From assembly GCA_003670475.1 (NCBI GenBank), contig QWRJ01000004.1:622-64621 (forward strand): a stretch of DNA of 64,000 nucleotides, given 5' to 3'. The position numbers and the translations under genes were made by a program. The notes under the pieces are model-generated. The model had not been told where the DNA came from, did no database searches, and was given only the letters and a program-made list of their open reading frames with translations. Shown here one piece after another: positions 44,366-53,079 of this stretch. Every line of letters begins with the position of its first letter. Position 1 is the stretch's first letter. The stretch comes from Candidatus Limnocylindrus sp. ZSMar2m-chloro-G89. GTDB taxonomy: Bacteria; Chloroflexota; Limnocylindria; Limnocylindrales; Limnocylindraceae.

Positions 44366-45110
44366 GGGCCACTCCGCTGAGTGCGGTGAGGAGCTCCGCC
44401 TGCTGCGAGAGGCCACCCTGCGCAAGGAGCGCGCTTCGGCGCTGGCTCGCGGGGAGTGACCGCAGTCCCTTCCACTCACCGCCAATCTCTCCCTCGGCGT
44501 TTAGGAGAAGCACTCGATCAGCGACTAAGAGCGCTTCAGCCACATCGTGGGTCACAAGGAGCGCGGCAGCGCCACCAATGAGTTCGGGGAGCTCTTCGCT
44601 GAACTGATTTCGCGTCGGCGCATCAAGCGCGGCAAACGGCTCGTCAAGGAGGAGTAGCGCCGGCTCGCGAACCAGCGCACGTGCAAGTGCCACGCGCTGT
44701 CTCTCACCGCCAGATAGTTCAGTTGGTGCACGATCCGCAAGGGCAAGTCCGTTGACACGCGTGAGCGCAGCCGATGCGGATGCACGCACCGCGGTGGTCA
44801 CACCGTGCGCCAACTCAAGCGGAAGGGCAACATTCCTCGCCGCACTGCGCCAACTCAGAAGTCGGGAGTCTTGAAAGGCGATTCCAACATCAGATCGTCC
44901 CGCCAGGGCAGGCGTCCCGGAAATCAAGATCTCACCCGCGTCAGGCTGCAGCAGGCCGGCGGCCAAGCGAAGGAGTGTGGTCTTGCCGCTCCCGTTGGCA
45001 CCAAGGAGTGCGACGCACTCCCCTGCCTCCAAGCTTAGCGATGCGCCGTGAAGAACCCTTCGCCCATCAAACGAGTGTGTGACGTGGCGAAGTTCGAGCG
45101 CACGTGCCAC
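44358..45110 (-). CDS. ABC transporter ATP-binding protein
   Basis: It has Walker A (GANGSGKTTLL), the signature LSGGERQRVALARAL and Walker B (LLLLDEP). The GTG start lies 3 nt after the FTR1 stop. Confidence 0.9.
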   Translation of the reverse strand: MARALELRHVTHSFDGRRVLHGASLSLEAGECVALLGANGSGKTTLLRLAAGLLQPDAGEILISGTPALAGRSDVGIAFQDSRLLSWRSAARNVALPLELAHGVTTAVRASASAALTRVNGLALADRAPTELSGGERQRVALARALVREPALLLLDEPFAALDAPTRNQFSEELPELIGGAAALLVTHDVAEALLVADRVLLLNAEGEIGGEWKGLRSLPASQRRSALLAQGGLSQQAELLTALSGVARA

Positions 45111-45113
45111 AAG

Positions 45114-45983
45114 TTAGGAGGTGGCGCTACTCGCTGCGCGAGCTGCCGATGCGCGGCGCACTGGCAGGATGTAGAAGAAGAGCCCGAACGCTAGATATCC
45201 CACCTGCAAGAGCAGTGCGCTCAACTCTGGAGTTGCGCTGTATCCAACAATTGCGCGGAGGAACTGTCCGATCCCCTCTGTGTGAGGGAGAACCCCAGAG
45301 AGGTCGTACACCGGCGCAACGATCGCTGGAAGAAGTCCAACCTCAATCAGCTCATGTGCTCCGTAAGAGAGAAGGCCAGCTGCGATCACCACCAGCGCGG
45401 CGCCCGTGACGTTAAAGAACGCACCGAGGTTTAGTCGCACGCCAAGGCGGAAGATTGCAAATCCAATCAGGGTCGCAACCGCGAGTCCAATAAGGGCACC
45501 AGCGGCGACCCATGAGCCGGCTCCAGCTTCGCTTGCGGCGGTCGTCTGTCCGAGAAGGAAGAGTGCCGTCTCAATGCCTTCACGGATGACCGCGGTAAAC
45601 GCAAGGGCTGCGAGTCCGAAGATTGAGGCGGAGGCGATCGCGCGATCAACCCCCTTGCGGAGCTCTGCTCCGAGGGTTACCGCCTGCTTGCGCATCCAGA
45701 AGATCATGTAGGTAAGAATGACGACCGCAAGGAGCGAGGTGAACCCTTCAATGAGCTTCTCGGTGTCTCCCTCAAGCCCGCCAAGGATTACAAATGCTGC
45801 AACACCGATCGCCGCTGAGGCGGCAACCGCGGCCACGACGCCAGCCCAGATGACGCCGAGGCGATCTGAGCGACCAATCTTGACGAGATATCCGGCGATG
45901 ATTCCAACGATGAGCGCCGCCTCGACGCCCTCACGGAGTCCAGTAAGAAAGCCGCCGACCCCCCATCCGAAAAGGTTCTCCAT
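45114..45983 (-). CDS. FTR1/EfeU-family high-affinity iron permease
   Basis: It carries two REGxE motifs (LREGVEAALIV and IREGIETALFLLG) and about 7 TM segments. Confidence 0.85.
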   Translation of the reverse strand: MENLFGWGVGGFLTGLREGVEAALIVGIIAGYLVKIGRSDRLGVIWAGVVAAVAASAAIGVAAFVILGGLEGDTEKLIEGFTSLLAVVILTYMIFWMRKQAVTLGAELRKGVDRAIASASIFGLAALAFTAVIREGIETALFLLGQTTAASEAGAGSWVAAGALIGLAVATLIGFAIFRLGVRLNLGAFFNVTGAALVVIAAGLLSYGAHELIEVGLLPAIVAPVYDLSGVLPHTEGIGQFLRAIVGYSATPELSALLLQVGYLAFGLFFYILPVRRASAARAASSATS

Positions 45984-46003
45984 GGCGTGAAGCCCTCCTA
46001 ATC

Positions 46004-46030
46004 AGCCGAATCAAATCAGATGATTCGGCT
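46004..46030. promoter_or_regulatory. perfect 10-bp inverted repeat AGCCGAATCA-N7-TGATTCGGCT (operator or 5'-terminal hairpin)
   Basis: Read directly from the sequence. It lies between the candidate -10 box and the SD GGAGGG of the FTR1 gene. Confidence 0.6.
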
Positions 46031-46036
46031 ACTCCA

Positions 46037-46065
46037 ATCGTCCCACTCCTTACAGAACTCGTCAA
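46037..46065 (-). promoter_or_regulatory. candidate sigma-70-type promoter TTGACG-17nt-GACGAT for the FTR1/ABC operon
   Basis: On the minus strand the -35 is TTGACG (46065-46060), followed by a 17-nt spacer that ends in TGG and the -10 GACGAT (46042-46037). The predicted start falls near 46030, at the edge of the palindrome. Confidence 0.4.
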
Positions 46066-46113
46066 AGCCCTTTGCCCGATACGAATTGGGTGCCACTTCT
46101 GTGCGTGGCGCGT

Positions 46114-46129
46114 GCCGACGAGTGTCGGC
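46114..46129 (-). terminator. short GC hairpin abutting the aceE stop codon
   Basis: GCCGAC-gagt-GTCGGC has a 6-bp stem and no U-tract. Confidence 0.3.
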
Positions 46130-48816
46130 TATCGATCTAGGACGAAAACTGGCTGCAGCTCTGGGTCGATGCCGAGCTCCTTGATCGCCGCCGCCGCGTC
46201 ACGGGGAGTTCGCTCGCCACTTCGTGCGAGTGCGACCATTGCCGCCGCCGCAATGTGCGTGGCGTCGACTGAGAAGAAGTCACGTAGCGCCTCGCGCGTA
46301 TCGCTCAAACCGAACCCGTCGGTGCCGAGTACCAGGTACGGCACGTTGATCCACGGGGCAACAAGGTCTGGGATGGCGGTCATCCAGTCGCTCGCGGCAA
46401 CGATCGGTGCAGCGTCATCACCGAGCTGTTCCTGCAGCCAGGCCTTGCGCGGCGTCGCCTCTGGGTGGCGGCGATTCCAGCGCTCAACAACGAGCGCCTC
46501 GCGTCGCAGCTCTGAGTAGGAGGTGGCGGACCAGATCTCGGCGCGCACGCCGAATCGTTCACGGAGCAGGTCACGTGCCTTCAGTACCTCGCCCATGATT
46601 GCGCCAGAGCCGAAGAGCCGAACTCGCGGTCCGCTCGATGCCGGATCTGCTTCGGCAAACTTGTAGAGACCGCGATGGATCCCCTCGCCAACCGACGCAC
46701 CGACTGGGAGCTGCGGCTGCACCTGATTCTCGTTGTAGATGGTCAGGTAGTAGACGATATCTTCGCCGCGCTCGTGCATTCGCTCGATCCCCTTGCGAAC
46801 CAGCGCCGCCATCTCGTATGCGAAGGATGGATCGTACGCGGCGACGTGTGGCATGGCGTGGGCGATCAGCTGCGAGTGCCCATCGTCATGCTGTAACCCT
46901 TCGCCGGCGAGCGTGGTGCGCCCAGCCGTTGCGCCGATCAGGAAGCCGCGGACGCGCGCATCGCCGCTCTGCCAGATCTGATCGCCAACTCGCTGGAATC
47001 CGAACATGGAGTAGAAGACGTAGAACGGGATCGTCCCCACAGCGTGCGTTGCATAGGCGGTTCCCGAAGCCTGGAAGGAGGCCATTGAGCCAGCCTCGGT
47101 GATCCCCTCTTCAAGGACCTGCCCACTCTGTGACTCGCGGTAGCTGAGCAGCAGCTCAGAGTCGACCGGCTCGTAGCGCTGCCCGAACGGCGCGTAGATC
47201 CCCGCCTGCTTGAAGAGCGGATCCATGCCGAAGGTGCGCGCCTCGTCGGGGACGATCGGGACGATCAACTTCCCAAGTGCAGGGTCGCGCATCAGGTTGC
47301 GCAGCAACTTTGCAAAGGCCATCGTCGTGCTGACCGGCGCAGCGCTCCCTGCGGCAAACTCGTCATCGACTGCTGCAAGTGGCGGCGTCCACGTCACTGG
47401 ATGGACAACACGGGATGGGAGTGGCCCGCCGAGCGCGGCGCGACGCTCCGTAATGTAGGCAACCTCTGGACTCTTCGGTCCCGGATGGTAGTACGGCGCC
47501 TCGGGAATCTTTGCATCTGGAATCGGGAGGCCGAGTCGATCGCGGAAGGCGAGCAGCTCCACTTCGGAGAGCTTCTTCGCCTGATGCGCAGGGTTCGTTG
47601 CTTCAACGGATGGGCCGAGTGTCCAGCCCTTCACCGTCTTCGCCAAGATCACCGTTGGTGCCCCCTTATGCGCAACGGCGGCGGCGTAGGCGGCGTGGAT
47701 CTTTCGGTAGTCGTGTCCGCCGCGGCGGAGCTTCACAAGATCGTCGTCGCTGAGGTGCCCCACCAACTTCTGGAGGAGAGGCTCCGGCCCGAAGAAGTGC
47801 TCTCGGATGTAGGCACCACCAGCGACCGTGTACTTCTGGAATTCGCCGTCAACGGTTGCATCCATCTTGCGGACGAGTTCGCCGTCGTCATCCTTCGCCA
47901 GAAGATCGTCCCACTCGCGAGCCCAGATGACCTTGATCACGTTCCAGCCAGCGCCGCGGAAGAGGCCCTCCAACTCCTGGATGATCTTTCCGTTGCCGCG
48001 CACCGGACCATCAAGGCGCTGCAGGTTGCAGTTCACCACCCAGGTGAGATTGTCCAAGCCTTCGCGCGCCGCAAGCGTGAGTGCGCCAGCCGACTCTGGT
48101 TCATCCATCTCGCCGTCGCCAAGGAAGGCCCAGACGCGACTATTAGATGTATCCGTGAGTCCGCGATTGTACAGATAGCGGTTGTAGCGCGCCTGATAAA
48201 TGGATCCGATCCCGCCGAGACCCATGGAGACGGTTGGGAACTCCCAGAAATCTGGGAGGAGGCGCGGATGCGGATATGAGGGAAGCCCGCCAGGGCCCGC
48301 CGTCTCCTGTCTAAAGCGGTCGAGCTGCGGCGCGCTGATGCGCCCCTCGAGATACGCGCGTGAGTAGATCCCAGGCGCGGCGTGTCCCTGATAGAAGATC
48401 TGGTCGCCAGCACCACCCTGCTTCCCGCGGAAGAAGTGGTTGAAGCCAACCTCGTAGAGGCTCGCCGCGCTCGCATACGTTGCCAAGTGTCCGCCGATTC
48501 CTGGATGCTCCTTATTGGCGCGGAGCACCATCGCCGCCGCATTCCAGCGCACGATATGGCGGATGCGCGTCTCCATCGCCTCGTCGCCAGGGAAGGTTGG
48601 CTCATCGCTCGTCTTGATCGTGTTGATGTACGGGGTGGTGGCGAGTGTTGGGAGATCGACGCCAAGGTCTCTCGCCCGCGACATCAGGCGCATCATCAGC
48701 AGCTTGGCCCGCTCAGGGCCGTGGGCGGTGACCGAACGCTCGAGTTCGGCGATCAGGCGCGCCGTATCGGCGGGGTCCGTGTCCGGGATCTGCTCAAGGA
48801 AATCGAAGGTTTGCAC
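46129..48816 (-). CDS. aceE: pyruvate dehydrogenase E1 component, homodimeric type
   Basis: The 895-aa product has the ThDP motif region GDGEMDEPES and an N-terminal region typical of AceE. It starts at a GTG. Confidence 0.95.
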   Translation of the reverse strand: MQTFDFLEQIPDTDPADTARLIAELERSVTAHGPERAKLLMMRLMSRARDLGVDLPTLATTPYINTIKTSDEPTFPGDEAMETRIRHIVRWNAAAMVLRANKEHPGIGGHLATYASAASLYEVGFNHFFRGKQGGAGDQIFYQGHAAPGIYSRAYLEGRISAPQLDRFRQETAGPGGLPSYPHPRLLPDFWEFPTVSMGLGGIGSIYQARYNRYLYNRGLTDTSNSRVWAFLGDGEMDEPESAGALTLAAREGLDNLTWVVNCNLQRLDGPVRGNGKIIQELEGLFRGAGWNVIKVIWAREWDDLLAKDDDGELVRKMDATVDGEFQKYTVAGGAYIREHFFGPEPLLQKLVGHLSDDDLVKLRRGGHDYRKIHAAYAAAVAHKGAPTVILAKTVKGWTLGPSVEATNPAHQAKKLSEVELLAFRDRLGLPIPDAKIPEAPYYHPGPKSPEVAYITERRAALGGPLPSRVVHPVTWTPPLAAVDDEFAAGSAAPVSTTMAFAKLLRNLMRDPALGKLIVPIVPDEARTFGMDPLFKQAGIYAPFGQRYEPVDSELLLSYRESQSGQVLEEGITEAGSMASFQASGTAYATHAVGTIPFYVFYSMFGFQRVGDQIWQSGDARVRGFLIGATAGRTTLAGEGLQHDDGHSQLIAHAMPHVAAYDPSFAYEMAALVRKGIERMHERGEDIVYYLTIYNENQVQPQLPVGASVGEGIHRGLYKFAEADPASSGPRVRLFGSGAIMGEVLKARDLLRERFGVRAEIWSATSYSELRREALVVERWNRRHPEATPRKAWLQEQLGDDAAPIVAASDWMTAIPDLVAPWINVPYLVLGTDGFGLSDTREALRDFFSVDATHIAAAAMVALARSGERTPRDAAAAIKELGIDPELQPVFVLDR

Positions 48817-48937
48817 TGCCCCCTAAGCGTAGCGCCCCATGCGAGGATGTGGGGGTGACGAAGAGGCGCCGATCCCCGCTCCTGAGCCCCCTCCTTTCGG
48901 CTCGTCCCGTGCAGCCAGCCCTCCCAAGGAGCGGCTG

Positions 48938-49477
48938 ATGCCGCCAGTTGGGCTGATCGCGCTCCTCCTCATGAGCGCTGCCGTCTTGGCCGTACTCCTT
49001 GAACTGCTGCTCGCACGCGCCGTGAAGCGTGGCTCCCTTGAGCGCCCGGAGATTCGTATGTCAATCACGATCAACGCGCCAATAGCACGCGTCTGGGAGA
49101 TCGCTGCGGATGTCCAGCGTCAGCCTGAGTGGATGCACGAGATGAAACGCGTCGAAATGATCACACCTGGACCGATCCGCGTTGGATCACGTGGCCGTGC
49201 AATGGTGCGCATTTTCGGCATCTCCACTACAGACGACGTCGTCATTACGCGGCTTGAGCCTCCACACGCATTCGGCATTCGGCACGAAGGGCGATTCACT
49301 GGCGAGGGCCTGCTGCTGTTCAGCACCACGCCCGAGGGGGGCACGCTGACCAACTGGACGGAGTACTTGCGGCCACCACTCTTCGCAACAATCGGAGGAT
49401 TCGTGCAGCGCCCAATTCTCGGTGCAATCTTCCGCTCAGATCTACGCCACCTGAAGCGACTCGTCGAGGCGGACTAG
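48938..49477 (+). CDS. SRPBCC (START/polyketide-cyclase-like) domain protein with N-terminal TM helix
   Basis: ITINAPIARVWEIAADVQRQPEWMHE is typical of the SRPBCC N-terminus. ATG 48938 is preceded by AAGGA. Confidence 0.65.
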   Translation: MPPVGLIALLLMSAAVLAVLLELLLARAVKRGSLERPEIRMSITINAPIARVWEIAADVQRQPEWMHEMKRVEMITPGPIRVGSRGRAMVRIFGISTTDDVVITRLEPPHAFGIRHEGRFTGEGLLLFSTTPEGGTLTNWTEYLRPPLFATIGGFVQRPILGAIFRSDLRHLKRLVEAD

Positions 49478-49487
49478 TAGAGACGGG

Positions 49488-49952
49488 TTAGCCGCCGCAG
49501 CTAATCAGCAGTGGGATCGGCTCTGATCCAAAGGCGCGGAGTTCGCGCTCCACGCTCACCGTGGCGCCAGGCTCAATGCGCTCCGTGGTGACGATCTCCT
49601 GAACGCCAGCGCTGCCGAGTTTGGTGGTGGTGACGCGACAGGTTGCAGCACCGCCGCCGCTCCCAGTATTCGTCACACTCACCTGAACGGAGAGGCCGCC
49701 GGGGACGGAGATCGCCGGCGTCATCTGCACGTCGAACGGTCCGATCCCCTTCACCGAACTTGCGGCGAGCGAGGCGAGAATCAGAACGGCGGCGCCGATG
49801 CCAAGGAAGACGGTGCCGTGCGTCTGACTTGCAGATGGCTGGGCAAGCCCCAGCGGATTGCAGCGCTCACAGAGCGCAGTCTGCAGCGAGACGGGGGCAC
49901 CGCAACGAACACACGGTTGCGTCAGTACTTTGCTCATCCCTGCATCGCTCAT
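49488..49952 (-). CDS. zinc-ribbon plus single-TM plus beta-rich domain protein, hypothetical
   Basis: It has CVRCGAPVSLQTALCERC (CxxC...CxxC) followed by the TM segment VFLGIGAAVLILASLAA. Its start overlaps the LLM gene stop (ATGA). Confidence 0.6.
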   Translation of the reverse strand: MSDAGMSKVLTQPCVRCGAPVSLQTALCERCNPLGLAQPSASQTHGTVFLGIGAAVLILASLAASSVKGIGPFDVQMTPAISVPGGLSVQVSVTNTGSGGGAATCRVTTTKLGSAGVQEIVTTERIEPGATVSVERELRAFGSEPIPLLISCGG

Positions 49953-50797
49953 CTCTGCATCATCGCAGAAAGTGCGGCAACGTCACGCGCGCTTCGTACC
50001 GTGATGATCACCTCGTCGGCACCCACCGCCCGTTGCTCCGCAAGCCAGGCGGCAGGACTGCTGCCGAACGGCGTTTCTGCGAGCGACTCGTCGCGTCCAA
50101 GTTCCTGCAGGGCAACGGCGCTAACGCTCCCCGCCGCGCGACCGCTGCGCTGCTCTTCGTCTCTAAGGCGCGCAAGCCCGACGTCAAACGTTGTGATGGG
50201 CGCGATCCAGCCGTCCCCCTCTGTTGCCGCAAGCCGAATACTCTCTGGGTGATCGCCCGCAATGTAGAGCGGCACGCGCTCAGCGGGGCGGGGAGACGAT
50301 GCGGCTCCATCTAGTGCTACGCGGCCACTCGGTGCCGCGCGGGTGACCCGCGCCGCTGGATCGCCCTCAAGCAGTGCGCGGAAGATTGCAACGGACTCCG
50401 CGAGCTGCGCCAGCCGCTCTCCGCTACCGCCGAATGGAATGCCGAGCGCCTGATGCTCAGCCGCATCGCCACCAGCGCCGAGTCCGATAAGGAGACGACC
50501 CGGTGCAAACGAAGTGATGGTGGCGACCGACTTTGCCACGAGTGCTGGATGGCGCTTGGTAACATCGAGCACCAGCGTGCCGACGCAGAGTGCAGGGTGT
50601 CGAGCGAGTGCTGCGGAGGCGAGTGTCAGCGCCTCAAGCACGGGGCGTTCTGGTGCGCCACGCCCCATCAGGTGATCCCATATCCAGACACGTGTGATCG
50701 GTAGTTGCGCTAACTCACCAGCAAGATCGAGCCACTCGTTTGCTGGTAGTCCGATCGTGCCGAGCGCAACACCGAGGCGCGGCGTGCTCCCAGTCAA
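49949..50797 (-). CDS. LLM-class (luciferase-like) flavin/F420-dependent oxidoreductase
   Basis: RVWIWDHLMG and RLLIGLGAGG are typical of the LLM family. It overlaps both neighbouring genes by 4 nt. Confidence 0.75.
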   Translation of the reverse strand: MTGSTPRLGVALGTIGLPANEWLDLAGELAQLPITRVWIWDHLMGRGAPERPVLEALTLASAALARHPALCVGTLVLDVTKRHPALVAKSVATITSFAPGRLLIGLGAGGDAAEHQALGIPFGGSGERLAQLAESVAIFRALLEGDPAARVTRAAPSGRVALDGAASSPRPAERVPLYIAGDHPESIRLAATEGDGWIAPITTFDVGLARLRDEEQRSGRAAGSVSAVALQELGRDESLAETPFGSSPAAWLAEQRAVGADEVIITVRSARDVAALSAMMQR

Positions 50798-51573
50798 CGC
50801 GAGCCGAGCTGTGCCGCCGCCTTCAGTGCGGCGCCGATCGTTCGATCGATGCGCTGGATCAGCTCCTCTTCCGGAAGTCGGTACCAGGCCTCATTGCCAC
50901 CCTTCCGCTTCTCCTCAACGAGCTTCGGATCACGAATCGTGTCGGAGACGGTGAGGATGGTGCCGGCGCGGACCGGCCGACCTTTCGCGCGCTCGCGCAT
51001 CGCAAGGAGGAAGAGTGCCGCCGACTCCATCTCCACGCCGAGATAGCCGCGCGTCCCCCATCGCGCCGTCCCCTGCGGCTCTGGGTCGTAGAAGACATCG
51101 GAGGTCACGATCGGACCAACATGCGTGGTGAGGCCTTCCGCCTTTGCGGCGGCGACCAGCGCGTTCGTCACATCGAAATCAGCGGTCGGCGCGGTGGGTT
51201 CGTTGAAGCCGAGGATCGGGCCGATCCCTGAACTTGCAACCGCTGCGGATGCAACGAGGACATCGCCCGTATCAAGGTGCAAGAAGCCGCCACATGTTCC
51301 AACGCGGATGAAGGTCTCAACGCCAAGGTTCAGCAGCTCCTCAACAACGATGGATGTGGTCGGCGTTCCCATGCCAGTTGTCTGCACGCTCACTGGGACG
51401 CCGTTCACCGTGCCGGTGTACCCGAGCAGGCCGCGATGCTCATTGACGAGCTTCGCCTTCTCAAGGCCACCATCAAAGCGCGCCGCGATCCGCTTGGAGC
51501 GATTCGGGTCGCCTGGGAGGAGGACAACTGGGGCGTAATCCCCTGACTCCGCATGAAGATGGATCTGCGCCAT
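50794..51573 (-). CDS. purine/uridine nucleoside phosphorylase (PNP_UDP_1, DeoD-like)
   Basis: The motifs LLPGDPNRSKRIA, TTGMGTPTTSIVVEEL, RVGTCGG and VEMESAAL are present. ATG 51573 is preceded by GGAGG. Confidence 0.85.
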   Translation of the reverse strand: MAQIHLHAESGDYAPVVLLPGDPNRSKRIAARFDGGLEKAKLVNEHRGLLGYTGTVNGVPVSVQTTGMGTPTTSIVVEELLNLGVETFIRVGTCGGFLHLDTGDVLVASAAVASSGIGPILGFNEPTAPTADFDVTNALVAAAKAEGLTTHVGPIVTSDVFYDPEPQGTARWGTRGYLGVEMESAALFLLAMRERAKGRPVRAGTILTVSDTIRDPKLVEEKRKGGNEAWYRLPEEELIQRIDRTIGAALKAAAQLGSR

Positions 51574-51624
51574 GGTGCCTCCGCAACTACTGGGCCCACC
51601 AGGGACGGCGGGCACCGTTCCGTG

Positions 51625-51630
51625 TAGCGT
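51625..51630 (+). promoter_or_regulatory. candidate -10 box TAGCGT, 7 nt before ATG 51638 (PPOX-fgd-cofD-cofCE operon)
   Basis: The sequence reads TAGCGTacgcctcATG. Confidence 0.4.
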
Positions 51631-51637
51631 ACGCCTC

Positions 51638-52081
51638 ATGAGCGCAGAGCGGCTGAACGACCCCGCGATTCGGGCCTTCCTTGAACGGCCCCGCTTCGCC
51701 ACGCTCTCTACGGTGAACGCGGACGGTGCCCCCTTCTCCGCCGTGGTCTGGTACGCCCTTGAGGGTGACCGCATTCTCTTCAATAGCTCCAACGGGCGCC
51801 GCTGGCCGGCGAACCTGCGCCGCGACCCACGCGTCGCCCTCATGGTTGAAGAGGGCTACAACTACGTTCAGCTCGTTGGACGAGTGCACATCATTGATGA
51901 CCAAGAGGCGGCTCACGCGCAGATGGCGAAGATCACCGCGCGCTACATCACAAAGCCGGAGCTGCTTGAGGCACGCATTGCCGAATTCCGTGCGCAAGAG
52001 CGAATCGGATTCGAACTCACCCCGAGCGCGATCTTCACTCACGGCGAACCTGGGGTGAAGCGCACCGTTGGAGCGTCCTGA
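51638..52081 (+). CDS. PPOX-class (pyridoxamine-5'-phosphate-oxidase-like) probable F420-dependent enzyme
   Basis: RFATLSTVNADGAPFSAVVWYALEGDRILFNS is typical of the split-barrel fold. The ATG sits 7 nt after TAGCGT. Confidence 0.7.
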   Translation: MSAERLNDPAIRAFLERPRFATLSTVNADGAPFSAVVWYALEGDRILFNSSNGRRWPANLRRDPRVALMVEEGYNYVQLVGRVHIIDDQEAAHAQMAKITARYITKPELLEARIAEFRAQERIGFELTPSAIFTHGEPGVKRTVGAS

Positions 52082-52083
52082 TC

Positions 52084-53079
52084 ATGGCGAGTGGTGCATC
52101 AAAGATCGGCTACGCGGCGATGCTCGAGCAGTTCGGGCCGCAGGAGATCGTCGACTTCTCCGTTGCCGCTGAACGCGCTGGCATGAGCGGCATCATGGCC
52201 GCCGATCACTTCCAGCCGTGGGTGCCAGAACAGGGGAACGCGCCGTTCGTCTGGAACGTCATGACCCTCCTTGCAGAGAAGACGAAGGGCGACATTGGCC
52301 CAGGTGTCACCTGCCCTGGCTGGCGCATGCATCCAGCAACGGTGGCGCAGGCATCGGCAACGCTCGCCGCCATGTACCCAGGTCGACACTGGCTCGGCCT
52401 CGGCTCAGGCGAGGCGCTCAACGAGCACGTGGTGGGCGGCTACTGGCCAGAGGTTGGCGAACGCATCGCACGCATGTTTGAGGCGATCGAGATCATCCGA
52501 AAGCTCTTCACCGGGAAAGAGGTGAAGCATGCTGGTCGCTGGTACCAGTTAGAGAGCACCCGACTCTGGACGCTCCCAGCAGAGTTGCCGCCAATCTATG
52601 TAGCAACGGCGGGACCGATCACGGCGAAGAAGACGGGCGAGCTCTGCGACGGGATCATCACCGTGGGTGCGGCAGACGAGAAGATTCAGACCGTCTTTGA
52701 GAAGTTCGCGGAGGGTGCGCGCGCCGCAGGGAAGAACCCAGACGCAATGCCGAAGATCCTGCAGCTACACCTCTCCTGGGCGCCAACGGACGAAGAGGCG
52801 CTCAATAACGCCATGCGCGAGTGGCCGAACGGCGGGATGAAGTTCCCGAAGCAAGATATTCGCAACCCTGCCGACTTCCAACAGATGGCGAAGCTCGTAC
52901 GGCCAGAAGACTTCGCTGGGCGCATGCTGATCTCCAGTGATCTCACTGCACACCAGAAGACAATCCAGCGCTACCTAGACATGGGCTTCGACAAGATCTA
53001 CCTGCACAACGTGGGGCGCAACCAGGTCGAGTGGGCCGAAGCCTTCGGCCGTGAGGTGCTCCCCGGCCTCACCGCGTGA
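52084..53079 (+). CDS. fgd: F420-dependent oxidoreductase, glucose-6-phosphate dehydrogenase (Fgd) family
   Basis: IGYAAMLEQFGPQEIVDFSVAAERAGMSGIMAADHFQPWVPEQGNAPF closely resembles the Fgd N-terminal region. The substrate is not provable from sequence. Confidence 0.75.
   Translation: MASGASKIGYAAMLEQFGPQEIVDFSVAAERAGMSGIMAADHFQPWVPEQGNAPFVWNVMTLLAEKTKGDIGPGVTCPGWRMHPATVAQASATLAAMYPGRHWLGLGSGEALNEHVVGGYWPEVGERIARMFEAIEIIRKLFTGKEVKHAGRWYQLESTRLWTLPAELPPIYVATAGPITAKKTGELCDGIITVGAADEKIQTVFEKFAEGARAAGKNPDAMPKILQLHLSWAPTDEEALNNAMREWPNGGMKFPKQDIRNPADFQQMAKLVRPEDFAGRMLISSDLTAHQKTIQRYLDMGFDKIYLHNVGRNQVEWAEAFGREVLPGLTA

Noticed and set aside
45984-46128. I looked for a TPP riboswitch upstream of the operon that contains the NMT1/THI5-like binding protein.
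   Set aside because: No CUGAGA or ACCUGAUCUGGAUAAUGCCAGC-type conserved elements appear in the minus-strand leader. The region is better explained by a promoter plus a palindrome.
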